From Nitrosopumilus sp. (GTDB taxonomy: Archaea > Thermoproteota > Nitrososphaeria > Nitrososphaerales > Nitrosopumilaceae), in the NCBI GenBank assembly GCA_965223425.1, contig OZ245003.1, positions 1,792,001 through 1,856,000 of the forward strand: 64,000 nt of DNA. Direction: 5' to 3'. Each line of letters opens with the position of its first letter. Position 1 is the stretch's first letter. Positions 1 through 10,365 of this stretch are shown here, piece by piece. The notes beneath the pieces are model-generated. The model was not told the origin of the DNA. It worked only from the letters and a program-made list of their open reading frames with translations, and did not search any database. A program made the position numbers and the translations under genes.

Positions 1-1
1 A

Positions 2-613
2 ATAGCAACAGCATATACATCACTACATCCAGAAAGTGTAAAAAACTACATTGCTACTGCGCCAGTTATCGACGGATGGCGCGATACTACCGTGATTAGC
101 AATCTTGCAAAGCATATGGATGCAGATAAGATGGTAGAAACTATTGGGAACATGCCTCCAGAATACATGTATTATTGTTTTTCAGTCCTAAAGCCGTTTG
201 AGCAGGGAATTGAAAAATATGTCAATTTTTTCAAAAATATTGATAACAAGAAATTTGTCGATAGTTTCCTTAGAGTAGAAAAATGGTTGGGAGATACGCC
301 TCCCATTCCTGGACAGTTATTCAAACAGTGGATTAAAGACATCTATCAGGACAATTTACTCATTCAAAACAAGATGTCCATAGAAGGGCAACTCGTTGAT
401 TTGAAAAAGATAGATATGCCAATTTTCACACAAGTGGCAGTGGGAGATCATTTAGTGTCTCCTGAGTGCAGTATGCCGCTTCACTATGCAGTAGGAAGCG
501 AAGACAAAACATTGAGAATGTACCCAACAGGTCACGTTGGAATGATAGCTAGTTCATTATCACAAAAGAAAGTTTTGCCGGAATTAGGGCAATGGCTATC
601 TGAAAGATCATAA
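2..613 (+). CDS. phaC: Class III poly(3-hydroxyalkanoate) synthase subunit PhaC, 5'-truncated by the window edge
   Basis: Frame is open from base 2 (IATAYTSLHPESVKN...). Contains FLRVEKWLGD-PPIPG, D-HLV-P and TGHVG motifs (catalytic Asp/His of class III PhaC). Confidence 0.85.
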   Translation: MATAYTSLHPESVKNYIATAPVIDGWRDTTVISNLAKHMDADKMVETIGNMPPEYMYYCFSVLKPFEQGIEKYVNFFKNIDNKKFVDSFLRVEKWLGDTPPIPGQLFKQWIKDIYQDNLLIQNKMSIEGQLVDLKKIDMPIFTQVAVGDHLVSPECSMPLHYAVGSEDKTLRMYPTGHVGMIASSLSQKKVLPELGQWLSERS

Positions 614-649
614 AAGAAAAAAATAAAAAATAAAAATTTAGATTCGCCA

Positions 650-1084
650 CTAGTTGTTCTTTGTGGTGAATGCAGAAATCCAAGATTGTAGAATGTTTCT
701 GTTTAGTTCAGCAAATGACTTTGCATTATCGTTGAATGTTTTGATGTTTTGTTGCGTTGCATCGATAGTTGCAAGTGCTACTTGGTTTTGTATTGAAGCT
801 GCCTTTACAAATTCTTCTGTTGTATCACGGATTACTTTGAGAGTTGCCTCAGGAATGCTTGTTGCAATACCTGTTTTTCTTGCATATTCCTTTTGTAGTG
901 TGATAGTTGAATCTACCACGTTCTCATATGCTTGCAAGTATTCCTGTTGTACATTAGTAATTGATTGATGGTACTGTGGTACTGATTGTTTAATACCATT
1001 GAAGAGTTTGTCTACGCTTTGCTGACATACTGAAAATACATCTTTTGAATTTCCTTTTGTTGTTGTTGTTGTTTCGTTACTCAT
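650..1084 (-). CDS. Putative phasin (PHA granule-associated, PhaP-like)
   Basis: 144-aa helical Q/T/A-rich protein next to phaC; overlaps the upstream AbrB gene by 4 nt. Confidence 0.5.
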   Translation of the reverse strand: MSNETTTTTKGNSKDVFSVCQQSVDKLFNGIKQSVPQYHQSITNVQQEYLQAYENVVDSTITLQKEYARKTGIATSIPEATLKVIRDTTEEFVKAASIQNQVALATIDATQQNIKTFNDNAKSFAELNRNILQSWISAFTTKNN

Positions 1085-1506
1085 TGTTTCACCTCCCTAT
1101 TTTTTGATTTTTTTGCAATTGGCAGGATAACGACTTGAACCAGATCACCTTCGCCCAAACCAAGCGCGTTACGTTCAGCCTCAGGGATTGAGATTCTTCC
1201 ATTACTACTGACGGTAGTTTTGTAAGCACCCCAATTCATGAAGGAGGGAAGCATTTGTCCAATGTTGAACATGGCGTCCATGCTTTTACTTTGCATTAAA
1301 GACATGCCCTGCATCATATTTGATCGAGTCTCTTTAGCACTGTCAGAAACTCCTCTAAGGGTTTCTAATGGGTTAAATGTTTGACCAGATTGATTTGCCA
1401 TCAAAGAGCCAAAATTCTTCATAAATTCTGCTTGTGCACGTCCACTTTTTTGGATCCAATCTTTGAACATTTCTGTGGGATCATATTGGTTAGTATTACC
1501 ACTCAT
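1081..1506 (-). CDS. AbrB/SpoVT-domain regulator, PhaR-like
   Basis: C-terminal TTVSSNGRISIPEAERNALGLGEGDLVQV is an AbrB motif; the arrangement matches haloarchaeal phaR-phaP. Confidence 0.7.
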   Translation of the reverse strand: MSGNTNQYDPTEMFKDWIQKSGRAQAEFMKNFGSLMANQSGQTFNPLETLRGVSDSAKETRSNMMQGMSLMQSKSMDAMFNIGQMLPSFMNWGAYKTTVSSNGRISIPEAERNALGLGEGDLVQVVILPIAKKSKNREVKQ

Positions 1507-1542
1507 TGGTAATGGTAGGGATTAATGGGTATTTAAATGCAT

Positions 1543-2388
1543 CTAAGAGCCATTAAGAAATTCTAGAACTTTGGAGGCAAAAGTATATGGATCTTGAACA
1601 TACGGAGTATGTCCACACCCATCCATTCTATAAAATCGGCAATCCTGAATTGTCGAGACAAATCTGTCTGCATGGCTAATCGGGATAACGGGATCATTAG
1701 ACCCCCAAATTATCATAGTTGGTGTAGAGATGGTTTGAAGTTTGGATGTAATTAGTTCAGAATTTTTTAGCCCTAGCAGAGTAGACATGAAAGCAAGTTT
1801 TGCATTAGGTAATTGCATTCTTTCTATAAACCCATTAACAATTTCTTCATTGGCCTTTTGCCCAGAACCGTCCATCAGTTCAAATGCATTTTTTGCGCTT
1901 TGTTCATTTGGGTACAAGGCAGCCATAATATATGCATCAAGTGCAGGAGTGGACTGTTTCATAGCCCCAGAAGGCGAAACCAGAACAAGTTTTTCAACAT
2001 CTTCAGAATGCGAGACAGCATACCCAGCAGATATTTGTCCTCCTAGCGAAGAACCAATGATACTAGGATGGGTAATTTTAGAGGCGATAAAAAAATTTTT
2101 TAGAAATTCTGAAAAAAAATCAGGGGTATAATCAGCAAGAGGCTTGTCACTATAACCAAACCCAATAAGATCAGGAACTACAACATGAAACTCATCTGCA
2201 AAGATAGGAACTACTTGATTCCATCTTTCAGCAGATGCACCTAAACCGTGAATAAGCACGAGTGTTTTTTCAGAATCGCCGGATTCGAGATAACGAATCT
2301 TGTTTCCATCGATTTGAAGAAATTTTTCTTCCACCATTTTAGCGTCAATTATCATGACTAGATAAGTTTTAGTGAATTTAGCGATCAA
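1543..2388 (-). CDS. Alpha/beta-fold hydrolase
   Basis: LIHGLG oxyanion motif, GSSLGG nucleophile elbow, D-VIP and GH motifs; the true start is probably somewhat downstream. Confidence 0.85.
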   Translation of the reverse strand: MIAKFTKTYLVMIIDAKMVEEKFLQIDGNKIRYLESGDSEKTLVLIHGLGASAERWNQVVPIFADEFHVVVPDLIGFGYSDKPLADYTPDFFSEFLKNFFIASKITHPSIIGSSLGGQISAGYAVSHSEDVEKLVLVSPSGAMKQSTPALDAYIMAALYPNEQSAKNAFELMDGSGQKANEEIVNGFIERMQLPNAKLAFMSTLLGLKNSELITSKLQTISTPTMIIWGSNDPVIPISHADRFVSTIQDCRFYRMDGCGHTPYVQDPYTFASKVLEFLNGS

Positions 2389-2468
2389 ATGCGTTTATGG
2401 TTTTTCTAGATTTCCAAATTATGAACTGTGCAGAGTATGTTTTTTAAGATCAAAAATATGGGTATTGT

Positions 2469-2900
2469 ATGATAAAAAAGAAAATTTCAAAAATCCTAGT
2501 TCCACTCGATGGATCCAAAAATTCGATCAGAGGCCTTGAGATGGCAATTACTTTAGCCAGACAATGCGGATCAATCATCACTGGAGTGTACTCAATTCAT
2601 GCGCCCCCACATTCAGAATTTAAAGGAGTAGGCTCAGTTGAAAAATCACTAAACAGCGAAGTGAAAAAAATCATGAGTAATGCCAAGGTACTATCAGCTC
2701 AAAATGGAATCGTGTTTAAAGAAAAAATAATGAGAGGCGATATCGGATACAACATCATCAGACTTGCTCAGGGGAAAAACAAATTCGATATGATTGTGAT
2801 GGGATCTCGTGGAAGAAGCTCTACAAAAGAAATTTTCTTTGGCAGTGTTTCAAATTATGTAATACACACAGCAAAGATTCCAGTATTGGTAGTAAAGTAA
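2469..2900 (+). CDS. Universal stress protein
   Basis: KILVPLDGS...DMIVMGSRG...FGSVS...IPVLVVK. Confidence 0.92.
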   Translation: MIKKKISKILVPLDGSKNSIRGLEMAITLARQCGSIITGVYSIHAPPHSEFKGVGSVEKSLNSEVKKIMSNAKVLSAQNGIVFKEKIMRGDIGYNIIRLAQGKNKFDMIVMGSRGRSSTKEIFFGSVSNYVIHTAKIPVLVVK

Positions 2901-2901
2901 T

Positions 2902-3375
2902 TTATGAATAACCACACTTTTTGAAATATTTTTGATGGTATTCTTCTGCTTTATAGAACGAAGGGGCAGGAACAATTTCAGTAACAATTGGATTTTCAAA
3001 TTTTCCAGATGTCTCTATTGTTTGTTTAGATTTTTCAGCAATTGCTTTTTGTTCCTTATTATGATAAAAAATTGCGGAGCGATACTGAATTCCCACATCT
3101 GGGCCTTGCCTATTCAATGTAGTTGGGTTATGATTATTCCAAAAAACATCAAGAAGTTCTTCATAGGATATTTCATCAGGGTTGTATTCCACTTCTACAG
3201 CTTCTGCATGTCCGGTTTTATCTGTGCAGACTTCCTCATAAGTGGGATTTGGAAGTTGGCCACCAGTATATCCTGCTTGTGTGGATTTAACACCTTTAGT
3301 TTTGCCAAGTAAATCTTCAACATGCCAAAAACATCCTGCACCAAATGTAGCTTTCAATTCAATTAGCATGCACAT
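2902..3375 (-). CDS. msrA: Peptide-methionine (S)-S-oxide reductase
   Basis: [27 protein letters not shown] and AEEYHQKY motifs. Confidence 0.95.
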   Translation of the reverse strand: MCMLIELKATFGAGCFWHVEDLLGKTKGVKSTQAGYTGGQLPNPTYEEVCTDKTGHAEAVEVEYNPDEISYEELLDVFWNNHNPTTLNRQGPDVGIQYRSAIFYHNKEQKAIAEKSKQTIETSGKFENPIVTEIVPAPSFYKAEEYHQKYFKKCGYS

Positions 3376-3408
3376 GCATCAAATTAAAACTATTTGTTAA
3401 AAATGAGA

Positions 3409-4476
3409 TTAATCAATTACAATTAATCCTTCTTGAAGAAGGAATTTTAATGAATTAACAAATTCATCTTCTGAAATTAAATCTTGAGACCACCAATGTG
3501 CAGTATTACGAACCCAACTTGGAATTTCATTATCTGATGAGGTTTTAGCAGAAACATCTGAAATCATGATTATGTTATTATCCAACATGAATTCTATGCC
3601 TGCAGTAAAATCAGAAGTAGCTATGTCACCAGTTGCCCACAATTCAGCGTCAGTTTTAATCCAAGAAGGCATCATAACCGGATCTTCATATCCTAAAATA
3701 TTGTAAATTGATGAGTTTGGAAATTGTGAATCAAACCAAGATTTGTAATCAGATTCAGCATTGTACCTGTCAATGTAATATTGTGGGGATTTGTCAAGGG
3801 AGGGAAAATTAGCAACATGGGTTGTTTTGTATCCCACCACATCATCAATAGAATTAGTAGGAAATTGTGAATCAAACCAAGATTTGTAATCAGATTCAGC
3901 ATTGTACCTGTCAATGTAATATTGTGGGGATTTGTCAAGGGAGGGAAAATCCAGAATTTGTAATTTCAGGGTTGTAAAATCAGATGCAGGTTCTGGTGTT
4001 GGTTTTGGTGTTGGCGTTGGTGTTGGCTCGGGTGTTGGCGTTGGTGTTGGCTCGGGTGTTGGTGTTGGCTTGGGTGTAGTAATCTCTTGGTATTCTATGG
4101 ATTGTTCCATACTTCCCCCGTATGTAATTTTGATAGGATAAGTTCCATCAGAGGGCCAGGTAGGACCACCAGCTATCAACGAATGTGAAAAGCTACCATC
4201 GGAATTAACAGGCAAAGTCCAAAAATATGCAAAGTTAGAATATCCAGGAGTATAGATCTGAATAGTCACAAACGGTATTTGAGGATCATATGAAACAGTT
4301 CCAGAAATGCTCAACGAGTCATCTTTATGATAAATGGATTTGCCAGTGGTAAAATCATCTACTGTTCCAAATACTACTGGAAAGGCAAAAGGAACAAGTA
4401 AAAACACGAAAATAGCTGCAAAATACCGAGCCATATCCTGAAAATTAATTTTAAGCATAATTAAAGAATTCGCCAC
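3409..4476 (-). CDS. Secreted/surface protein with Pro-Thr linker and thaumarchaeal C-terminal IPxW repeats
   Basis: Signal-like N-terminus, (TP/EP)n linker, internal duplication, and a C-terminal IPSWVRNTAHWW...EFVNSLKFL domain. Confidence 0.75.
   Translation of the reverse strand: MANSLIMLKINFQDMARYFAAIFVFLLVPFAFPVVFGTVDDFTTGKSIYHKDDSLSISGTVSYDPQIPFVTIQIYTPGYSNFAYFWTLPVNSDGSFSHSLIAGGPTWPSDGTYPIKITYGGSMEQSIEYQEITTPKPTPTPEPTPTPTPEPTPTPTPKPTPEPASDFTTLKLQILDFPSLDKSPQYYIDRYNAESDYKSWFDSQFPTNSIDDVVGYKTTHVANFPSLDKSPQYYIDRYNAESDYKSWFDSQFPNSSIYNILGYEDPVMMPSWIKTDAELWATGDIATSDFTAGIEFMLDNNIIMISDVSAKTSSDNEIPSWVRNTAHWWSQDLISEDEFVNSLKFLLQEGLIVID
3719..3950. repeat. Intragenic direct repeat, about 90 identical nt at 141-nt spacing
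   Basis: FPSLDKSPQYYIDRYNAESDYKSWFDSQFP occurs twice with identical DNA. Confidence 0.9.
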
Positions 4477-4491
4477 ATTGTTTGATTAGAC

Positions 4492-4884
4492 TTAGTTCAC
4501 ATCAGTGAATATTTCAACAACCTTTTTGGCCAAACTTTCAATATTAACAGTAGGTTCTGCAGAGATTAGCAATAAAATATGTGTGATTGGGAATGGAAAA
4601 CTTACTAAAACTGCTTTATCTCTTCTTGCAGCAAGATAGTTTATCGGCCCTAAGCTTTCATCAAATTCTTTTCGAATAGATGCTTTTGAAACAAAATCAA
4701 AAAATGATTGCAGTTTAGTTTCATCTCCTTCATAAGGTACAAGTCCTTCTTTAAAACCTCCGGCCACAAGTTGACCAGCTTTATCAATGATTCCTGCAAA
4801 GCGTATTTCAGACTCTTCAAGCAATTGATTACATTTATCACCAAATAATTTCAAAGCAGTGCCAGCATCAGACATGATAAACAT
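4492..4884 (-). CDS. Conserved thaumarchaeal roadblock-like protein
   Basis: IRFAGIID..G.LVAGG...RKEFDESLGPINY pattern. Confidence 0.65.
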   Translation of the reverse strand: MFIMSDAGTALKLFGDKCNQLLEESEIRFAGIIDKAGQLVAGGFKEGLVPYEGDETKLQSFFDFVSKASIRKEFDESLGPINYLAARRDKAVLVSFPFPITHILLLISAEPTVNIESLAKKVVEIFTDVN

Positions 4885-5124
4885 GTCAAAATATCAAAAA
4901 TAAAAACCTAGCCAATTTTAATCAGTGCTGTGGATATCTTAAGAAATATGCCAACTGGCCAACTCGGTTTAAGAAATTTTGAACGGAGTTAATAAGTTAA
5001 AACTGAAGACAAGTCATTATTGAAAACAGCAGCAGCAATGTGCCTGTTAGATGAAAGAATTTCAGAATCTGAGTATCTGCAAGCCATGGAAAGCCTAATT
5101 TCACAAAACGCCCTCAATGTCTAG

Positions 5125-5970
5125 TTAGAGTTTACATTTTAATAGAACATAATCAATTATTTTTTCTTGTGATGCTTTCTTCATTTTTTGAATTGATTTG
5201 AAAAGAAGATTTTCAACATATTTAGGATAATTCTTCAAGATTGATTTTTTTAACTGCGGCCTATTTTTTATATAATAATCAGCAAGAGGATCATATACGC
5301 TTGAACCAATTAATTTTTCACCAGAGACAGAAAAGCCTACAGATGAAATGAGATCTTTTAGATAATCCATACTATAATGTTCAGAAGACCAAGTGAATTT
5401 TAAAAGTCCTAATTTTCCAATTGAGGAATCACCAGTAGTTATAGGAATAGCCATTACAAGCAATCCATTTTGAGTCAAGACTCTTTTTGATTCAAAAATA
5501 AAATCACCCAAAGGCTTGAAATGTTGTGCAGATTCTAACGCCAGTACACGGTCAACAGAAGAATTTGCAAATGGGAGTTTGGTAGATGTAGAGTTTAAGA
5601 ATTCAATGTTTTTTTGTTGTCCAGAAAAAGATAATTGCTTAAAATTAATATTTACATCATACAAGTTAAGATTAGAATAGCTATCCCTCCACAGTTTTGA
5701 GGGGGCAGACAGCCCACTTCCAACATCAACTACGTGTTTACCAGAAGACAGTTCTGCTAAATCTCCAAAAACCATACATAGATTATTTTGTGCTGAAATT
5801 GGATCTGTATGTTTTGAAGACCAATAGCCAAAATTTAGCATAGAGCCACCAGTGGCAATCTGCATCACAGGGGAAAGGGTAGTGTAAAGATTCACAATAT
5901 CTTTTTCATTTCTACGAAATGTCCAAAGAAATGCATCAAGGGGGTTTATCGATACCAAAAATAATTTCAA
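5125..5970 (-). CDS. Class I SAM-dependent methyltransferase
   Basis: LNFGYW, VVDVGSG and LPFANSSVDRVLALES motifs. Confidence 0.88.
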   Translation of the reverse strand: MKLFLVSINPLDAFLWTFRRNEKDIVNLYTTLSPVMQIATGGSMLNFGYWSSKHTDPISAQNNLCMVFGDLAELSSGKHVVDVGSGLSAPSKLWRDSYSNLNLYDVNINFKQLSFSGQQKNIEFLNSTSTKLPFANSSVDRVLALESAQHFKPLGDFIFESKRVLTQNGLLVMAIPITTGDSSIGKLGLLKFTWSSEHYSMDYLKDLISSVGFSVSGEKLIGSSVYDPLADYYIKNRPQLKKSILKNYPKYVENLLFKSIQKMKKASQEKIIDYVLLKCKL

Positions 5971-6059
5971 ATTTATTGGGACAGTCTAGTTATTAATTTC
6001 TAGGGTAACCCTTCAGAATTCTCAGCACAATGCCTGTGAACCCATTTTTCATCTTTATT

Positions 6060-6241
6060 TTTTGCAGTTTCCTTGCCATCATGCGCCGCCACTGCAAAAG
6101 GTGCCACAAGCAGCATAGTAAGAGAGGCAAGGGTAAGGATTGCCATGTACAACCGGTGGGTGGCAGCAACAATGTAGGGGAGCAGGTGCATGGATCCTGG
6201 GATGAACGGGATGTGGTCAGGCCGAGTTATGCAACACACAC
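6060..6241 (+). mobile_element. IS5-family remnant (transposase C-terminus plus right end)
   Basis: GC-rich; encodes ...SIVREARVRIAMYNRW*, resembling VKELEIKALLYNLF at 60010-60420. GTTATGCAACAC resembles the IS end at about 59985. Confidence 0.4.
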
Positions 6242-6571
6242 TAGCAGGATCGGCGGGTCTTTTTACGCGGTTTTGAATCAGGACGCCATCACATGACGGA
6301 CGGAATTCCCTGATGACGAGTTGGATCTTTGACGTCAGCAGGATTTCTAGGCAACTTCAAAAACGTGAACAGGTTACTAACTGTTGATCAACACATTTTA
6401 TTAATTTGAGGGTACCAGTAATTTCATGAGCGAATCTGATTCAGGCATATCTTCAAGGATCGTCATTGCAAAGTGGTCAGACAGATTTCTGGCATGGTTG
6501 ATTGATTTTATTGTTGTCTCTGCAATTTCAACGCCAATAATTCTTGCATCGTTTGGAACGCTGGATTATGA

Positions 6572-8034
6572 GTACGTGTTCACCTGATTTAGCTCAATTT
6601 TACACATATTTTACAATCTCGGCCATATAGTCAATATTCTTGTTCTTCCAAGTGGTGACACACGAGAATAGATTCCCCATCCATTCCATGGTATCTACAG
6701 ATCTCAGCCCGCCACGGATCTTTCTGTGTACTACAATCTCGCGCAATCCGCGCTCGGCGGCATTGTTGGTAGGCGGGATGCCTGGGTCTGATACGAACCG
6801 GAACATGTCAGGCGCTGCCCTGCCCAGCTTTTTCATGAAATGCTCCAATATGGGATTATCCGAATATTTCATGATCAGCTGCCTTATCCGCCGCAACAGT
6901 CTGCAGCAGAGATCCGTTTTGTTTCCGGTTGCACCGCATCCATCCTTGTACATTCTTTTTAGCACATCCCGTACGCACCTGCATTGCGGGTCGTCATATT
7001 TGATGCACAGGTCACGCGCCTCGCGCAGTATGTGCGACCAGCACCTCTGAATCTTGTATGTATTGTACGATCTCCAGCCGTCACACACGATGGTTCCGTC
7101 CCAGTTATCCAGTATTTCTTCCAGTACGTCACCGCCCCTGCTGGGCCGTATTGCATAAAACGTATCGCCACTGGCCGGATTGTAAAATATCCACACCCAG
7201 ACCAGGACTCCGTCGAGTCGTATGGATGTCTCATCGATGTTGAGTACGGCCGCACCTCTTATTTTTTCCAGTATCCTCATGCTTGGATTCTCCAGATTCG
7301 TGCCCACATACCGCACTATGTTGTGGATTGTGCCAGTAGATATTGGAACTCCCATATTCGTGATTCTTTGGGCGTTTAGTCTGCATGGCATTCGATCCAT
7401 GTGGTTGGTCACTATCTCAGATATTATGTTGTGGCCATAATTTCCATATCCGGGCAGACAGGCATCGCCCTGTATTCCTGCCTTGCCGCATTGGTTGCAC
7501 GTACACGTGTGTATTGTGTGTCGTGTGGTAACTGGTTTTGGTACGGGAATCTCCGTAATGTCGCGTACGTTCGTATCTGTCACGTCAAGCTCGGAGGCGC
7601 CGCAGTTGGGACACGTTTTGGGCATGTGCTCGGTGAATTCTGTTGGTTTGGGCCTGCTAGTGGTTCCCTTGTGGCCGGTTTGTGCGCCCTGCTTGCGGGG
7701 CGATTTTTCATCGGTGTCTTTTTTGTAGTTGCGCGTACGCTGTCGGGTCAGGGTGTTATGGGAAGGTGGTGTGTTGGGATTATCATAATATGCCACTATG
7801 CGCTCAAGTGTCTTTATTCTGGATTCATACTTGTTTGTCATCTCCCCATACTTGTTTGCCATCTTTTCTATTGTCTGCTTTTGAATCAGATTTTCTGTGC
7901 GGAGCTGCTTGTACATTTTCTTGTAGTCGCGCGTATCCTTCAATATGACAGGTAAACCGAACTGGTATTTAGCTTGAGATGGTGATCAAAAATTGATCCA
8001 TTGGGGAAAAATTAGGCATGACGTGAACAGATAC
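6572..8034 (-). mobile_element. IS66-family element, single-ORF type, 1463 bp
   Basis: Ends GTACGTGTTCAC / GTGAACAGATAC; 8-bp TSD GATTATGA at 6564-6571 and 8035-8042. Confidence 0.92.
6600..7943 (-). CDS. IS66-family transposase
   Basis: NTPPS, GAQTGHKG, CPNCG zinc finger, IDET, CDGW..Y, QRCWSH, PPTNNAAERGLR. Confidence 0.93.
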   Translation of the reverse strand: MKDTRDYKKMYKQLRTENLIQKQTIEKMANKYGEMTNKYESRIKTLERIVAYYDNPNTPPSHNTLTRQRTRNYKKDTDEKSPRKQGAQTGHKGTTSRPKPTEFTEHMPKTCPNCGASELDVTDTNVRDITEIPVPKPVTTRHTIHTCTCNQCGKAGIQGDACLPGYGNYGHNIISEIVTNHMDRMPCRLNAQRITNMGVPISTGTIHNIVRYVGTNLENPSMRILEKIRGAAVLNIDETSIRLDGVLVWVWIFYNPASGDTFYAIRPSRGGDVLEEILDNWDGTIVCDGWRSYNTYKIQRCWSHILREARDLCIKYDDPQCRCVRDVLKRMYKDGCGATGNKTDLCCRLLRRIRQLIMKYSDNPILEHFMKKLGRAAPDMFRFVSDPGIPPTNNAAERGLREIVVHRKIRGGLRSVDTMEWMGNLFSCVTTWKNKNIDYMAEIVKYV

Positions 8035-8479
8035 GATTATGAGTATGACGAAGACGTGTTTTGGGCAGAACTCACACAATACATTCCAACTGGTGTCTTG
8101 TTTTTTGCATATTGGACAATTTTGGAATTCAAAATATCCCAGACTGTCGGCAAAAAAGTTCTAAATTTAAAGGTCACAGACATTTATGGAAACAGGCCCA
8201 GTTTGAAGGGAGTTATGGTCAGTAGTTTTGGCAAGTCGTTTCTGCTGCCAATTGATGTAATTCTGGGATGGATTCTAACCAACGATAAACGGCAAAGGGC
8301 ATTCAACAAGTTAGGCGACACCTTGATTGTAAAAATTAAAGACCCCGAAGATGGCTCTAATCTCAAATACATCAAAGACTAGATTGGGTCATATTTTGTT
8401 AAACAGTCGCTCTGAAGATTTAACCAACAGATCTATTAACAACAGTCGATCTTTCTCGTTAGAGTGTCTGAAAATAGCA

Positions 8480-8980
8480 GAGAGTGGTGGATTGGCCTGC
8501 CTGACGAACTACAAAACGACATAGAATTCGAAGAACAGGATCAATAAAACTATCAGGACTAATGACAATCCTTGAAATAGACATGTTATGGTACTGACAA
8601 CAATTTCAGAGATAACTGACATCCAAAGATTTGCAACAACAAGGAAACTCGTATCATATACGGAACGGCATCATCACACAGGGACAGCGGAGAGACACAA
8701 AAAGGTGGAGCAATAACAAAACAGGGCTCTACATGGTTGCGCAATACAATGGGAGAAACTGCAAATACTGCGATACGATTTGATTCGAGGATGGAATAAT
8801 TTTACTTAAGAATTGTAAAAAGGTAATGAGAGCAAAAGGCAGAGGTAGTTGCTGCAAGGTAGATGATGCTTGAGATAATCTGACACATGCTAACAAACTC
8901 TGAAGAGTATCGTACACAGGATCATGAGTTGACGTAAAGAAAGCATGAGAAAATGCAATGCAAATCAGAAACGTCCTGAT
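8480..8980 (+). pseudogene. Degraded IS110-family recombinase fragment
   Basis: Broken frames read ISEITDIQRF..RKLVSY, RDSGETQKGGAITKQGSTWLR and HMLTNSEEYRT, with stops and frameshifts. Confidence 0.65.
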
Positions 8981-9223
8981 TCAGCAAAGCACACTGAGAA
9001 TGATCCGCAGTAGAAGAAGAGACGGTTCGCATGTAAGAATGTTTATTCTAGAGCCATGTTTAGCATATCAAATTCTATACGTTTCATCATTTTCTAATTC
9101 AGTTGGAAGATAGATAGGATCTATGCATTTTATTCTGATTAGTGATTCAATAGTTGACTTGTTGCTTAGGAAATCATTATTATCTGTGGTTGCAAATAAG
9201 CATGTTTTTCCTGAATTTTTCTG

Positions 9224-10365
9224 TAGTTAGCACATTAAATAATTGAACATTTTCACAGGCAGGATCTCCTTTCTGGCAAACAGCTTGCGTACTGACTGCT
9301 CCATCTCATCTAGCGTGCCAAACACCTTTGCAGACAGTACCCGTTTTATCACCCTCCACTGCATCTCAATGGGATTAAGCTCCGGCGTGTACGGCAGCAG
9401 GTACTCCAGAACTATCTCGCCGTTGTATCTTTCCAGAAACTCCTTTACCTTTTTGGATTTGTGATATGACGCATTGTCTACAAACAGCAGCACCTTGCCG
9501 AATCTTTTGTGAACCCGTTCCAAAAAGTTGCAAAAGCTGTCGCTGTTTGACTTTTCATAAAACATAAAGTAAAACGCGCTTGCCGCCAAGGCTCCAAAGA
9601 TGTATCTTCTTTCGCGTGACAAAACAGAGGGGGATGTGGCGCGCTTGCCGCGCCTTCTCCACCCGTAGCCGGGCCTGTTTGATGCCTTTTGAATCGAGGA
9701 TGCATCGCCGGCCAGTACGGTGTATCCCTGCGCCGACTTTTCTGCAACGAGTTTTTTTGCCCGCTCCTGAAACTCTTTTTGCTTTCTTTTTGAGGCTGAT
9801 CTTGGGTTTTTTGGACGCGCCTTGCTCCACGAAAAGCCCATCTCCCTGACCAGCTGCAGCGCGCCTGTCTTGCTGTACTGCACGCCGAACTTTTTCTTGA
9901 TGTGCAGCCTTGCGAGGTTGGAATCCCACAGGCTGCTCTCAAAGCCGCATGATTCTGGCCCCGCATCCAGGTCTGCTGCAAGCTGTCTTGCCTGCGGCCC
10001 GCCTATCAGGTGCTTTCGTCCCCTGCCGCTGCGCTCGAACCTTGCGCGTATTCCCTCGTCCTGTGCGCGGTTGAGCCATGCAGATATGGTGGACTTGGGC
10101 CTTCCCAGCATCCTTCCAATCCTGTCTAGCGGCACGCCGTCCTTGCGCTGCATGTACGCAAGCAGCCTGTCGCGCCTTCTGGGATCGGTCTCTTTTTTGT
10201 ATGCCCTTTTGAGGTCTGCAACGCTGGTGTTTGGCAGAAATTTTGCCCCCCTTGCAACCTGTCTCTTTTTTTGTTTGTACATGCAGTGTGTGCGGTATGG
10301 CCTGTCTTGGATCTTTTGGCCAAAAATAATTGTCAAAATGGTTCAGGTTTTTTATGTACTTACTA
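9224..10365 (-). mobile_element. IS630-family element, 1142 bp
   Basis: TIRs TAGTTAGCACATTAAA / TAGTAAGTACATAAAA; flanked by TG on both sides. Confidence 0.9.
9227..10336 (-). CDS. IS630-family transposase, single ORF (likely start 10282)
   Basis: HTH region followed by GDAS, VDNASYH and LLPYTPELNPIE DDE motifs. Confidence 0.93.
   Translation of the reverse strand: MTIIFGQKIQDRPYRTHCMYKQKKRQVARGAKFLPNTSVADLKRAYKKETDPRRRDRLLAYMQRKDGVPLDRIGRMLGRPKSTISAWLNRAQDEGIRARFERSGRGRKHLIGGPQARQLAADLDAGPESCGFESSLWDSNLARLHIKKKFGVQYSKTGALQLVREMGFSWSKARPKNPRSASKRKQKEFQERAKKLVAEKSAQGYTVLAGDASSIQKASNRPGYGWRRRGKRATSPSVLSRERRYIFGALAASAFYFMFYEKSNSDSFCNFLERVHKRFGKVLLFVDNASYHKSKKVKEFLERYNGEIVLEYLLPYTPELNPIEMQWRVIKRVLSAKVFGTLDEMEQSVRKLFARKEILPVKMFNYLMC

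Larger units (their letters stand above)
6426..8382 (+). pseudogene. RDD-family membrane protein interrupted by IS66
   Basis: MSESDSG...WSDRFLAWLIDF (6426-6571) joins the C-terminal QTVGKK...RQRAFNKLGDT half in frame once the IS and one TSD are removed (162 codons). Confidence 0.88.

Noticed and set aside
3990-4080. Short periodic repeats as a CRISPR array
   Set aside because: They encode a Pro-Thr linker; no repeat-spacer array or cas gene was seen in the window.
5996-6377. Complete MITE bounded by ATTTCTAGG repeats or GTAACC ends
   Set aside because: The candidate TSDs and TIRs do not define the same boundaries; a composite of IS relics is more likely.
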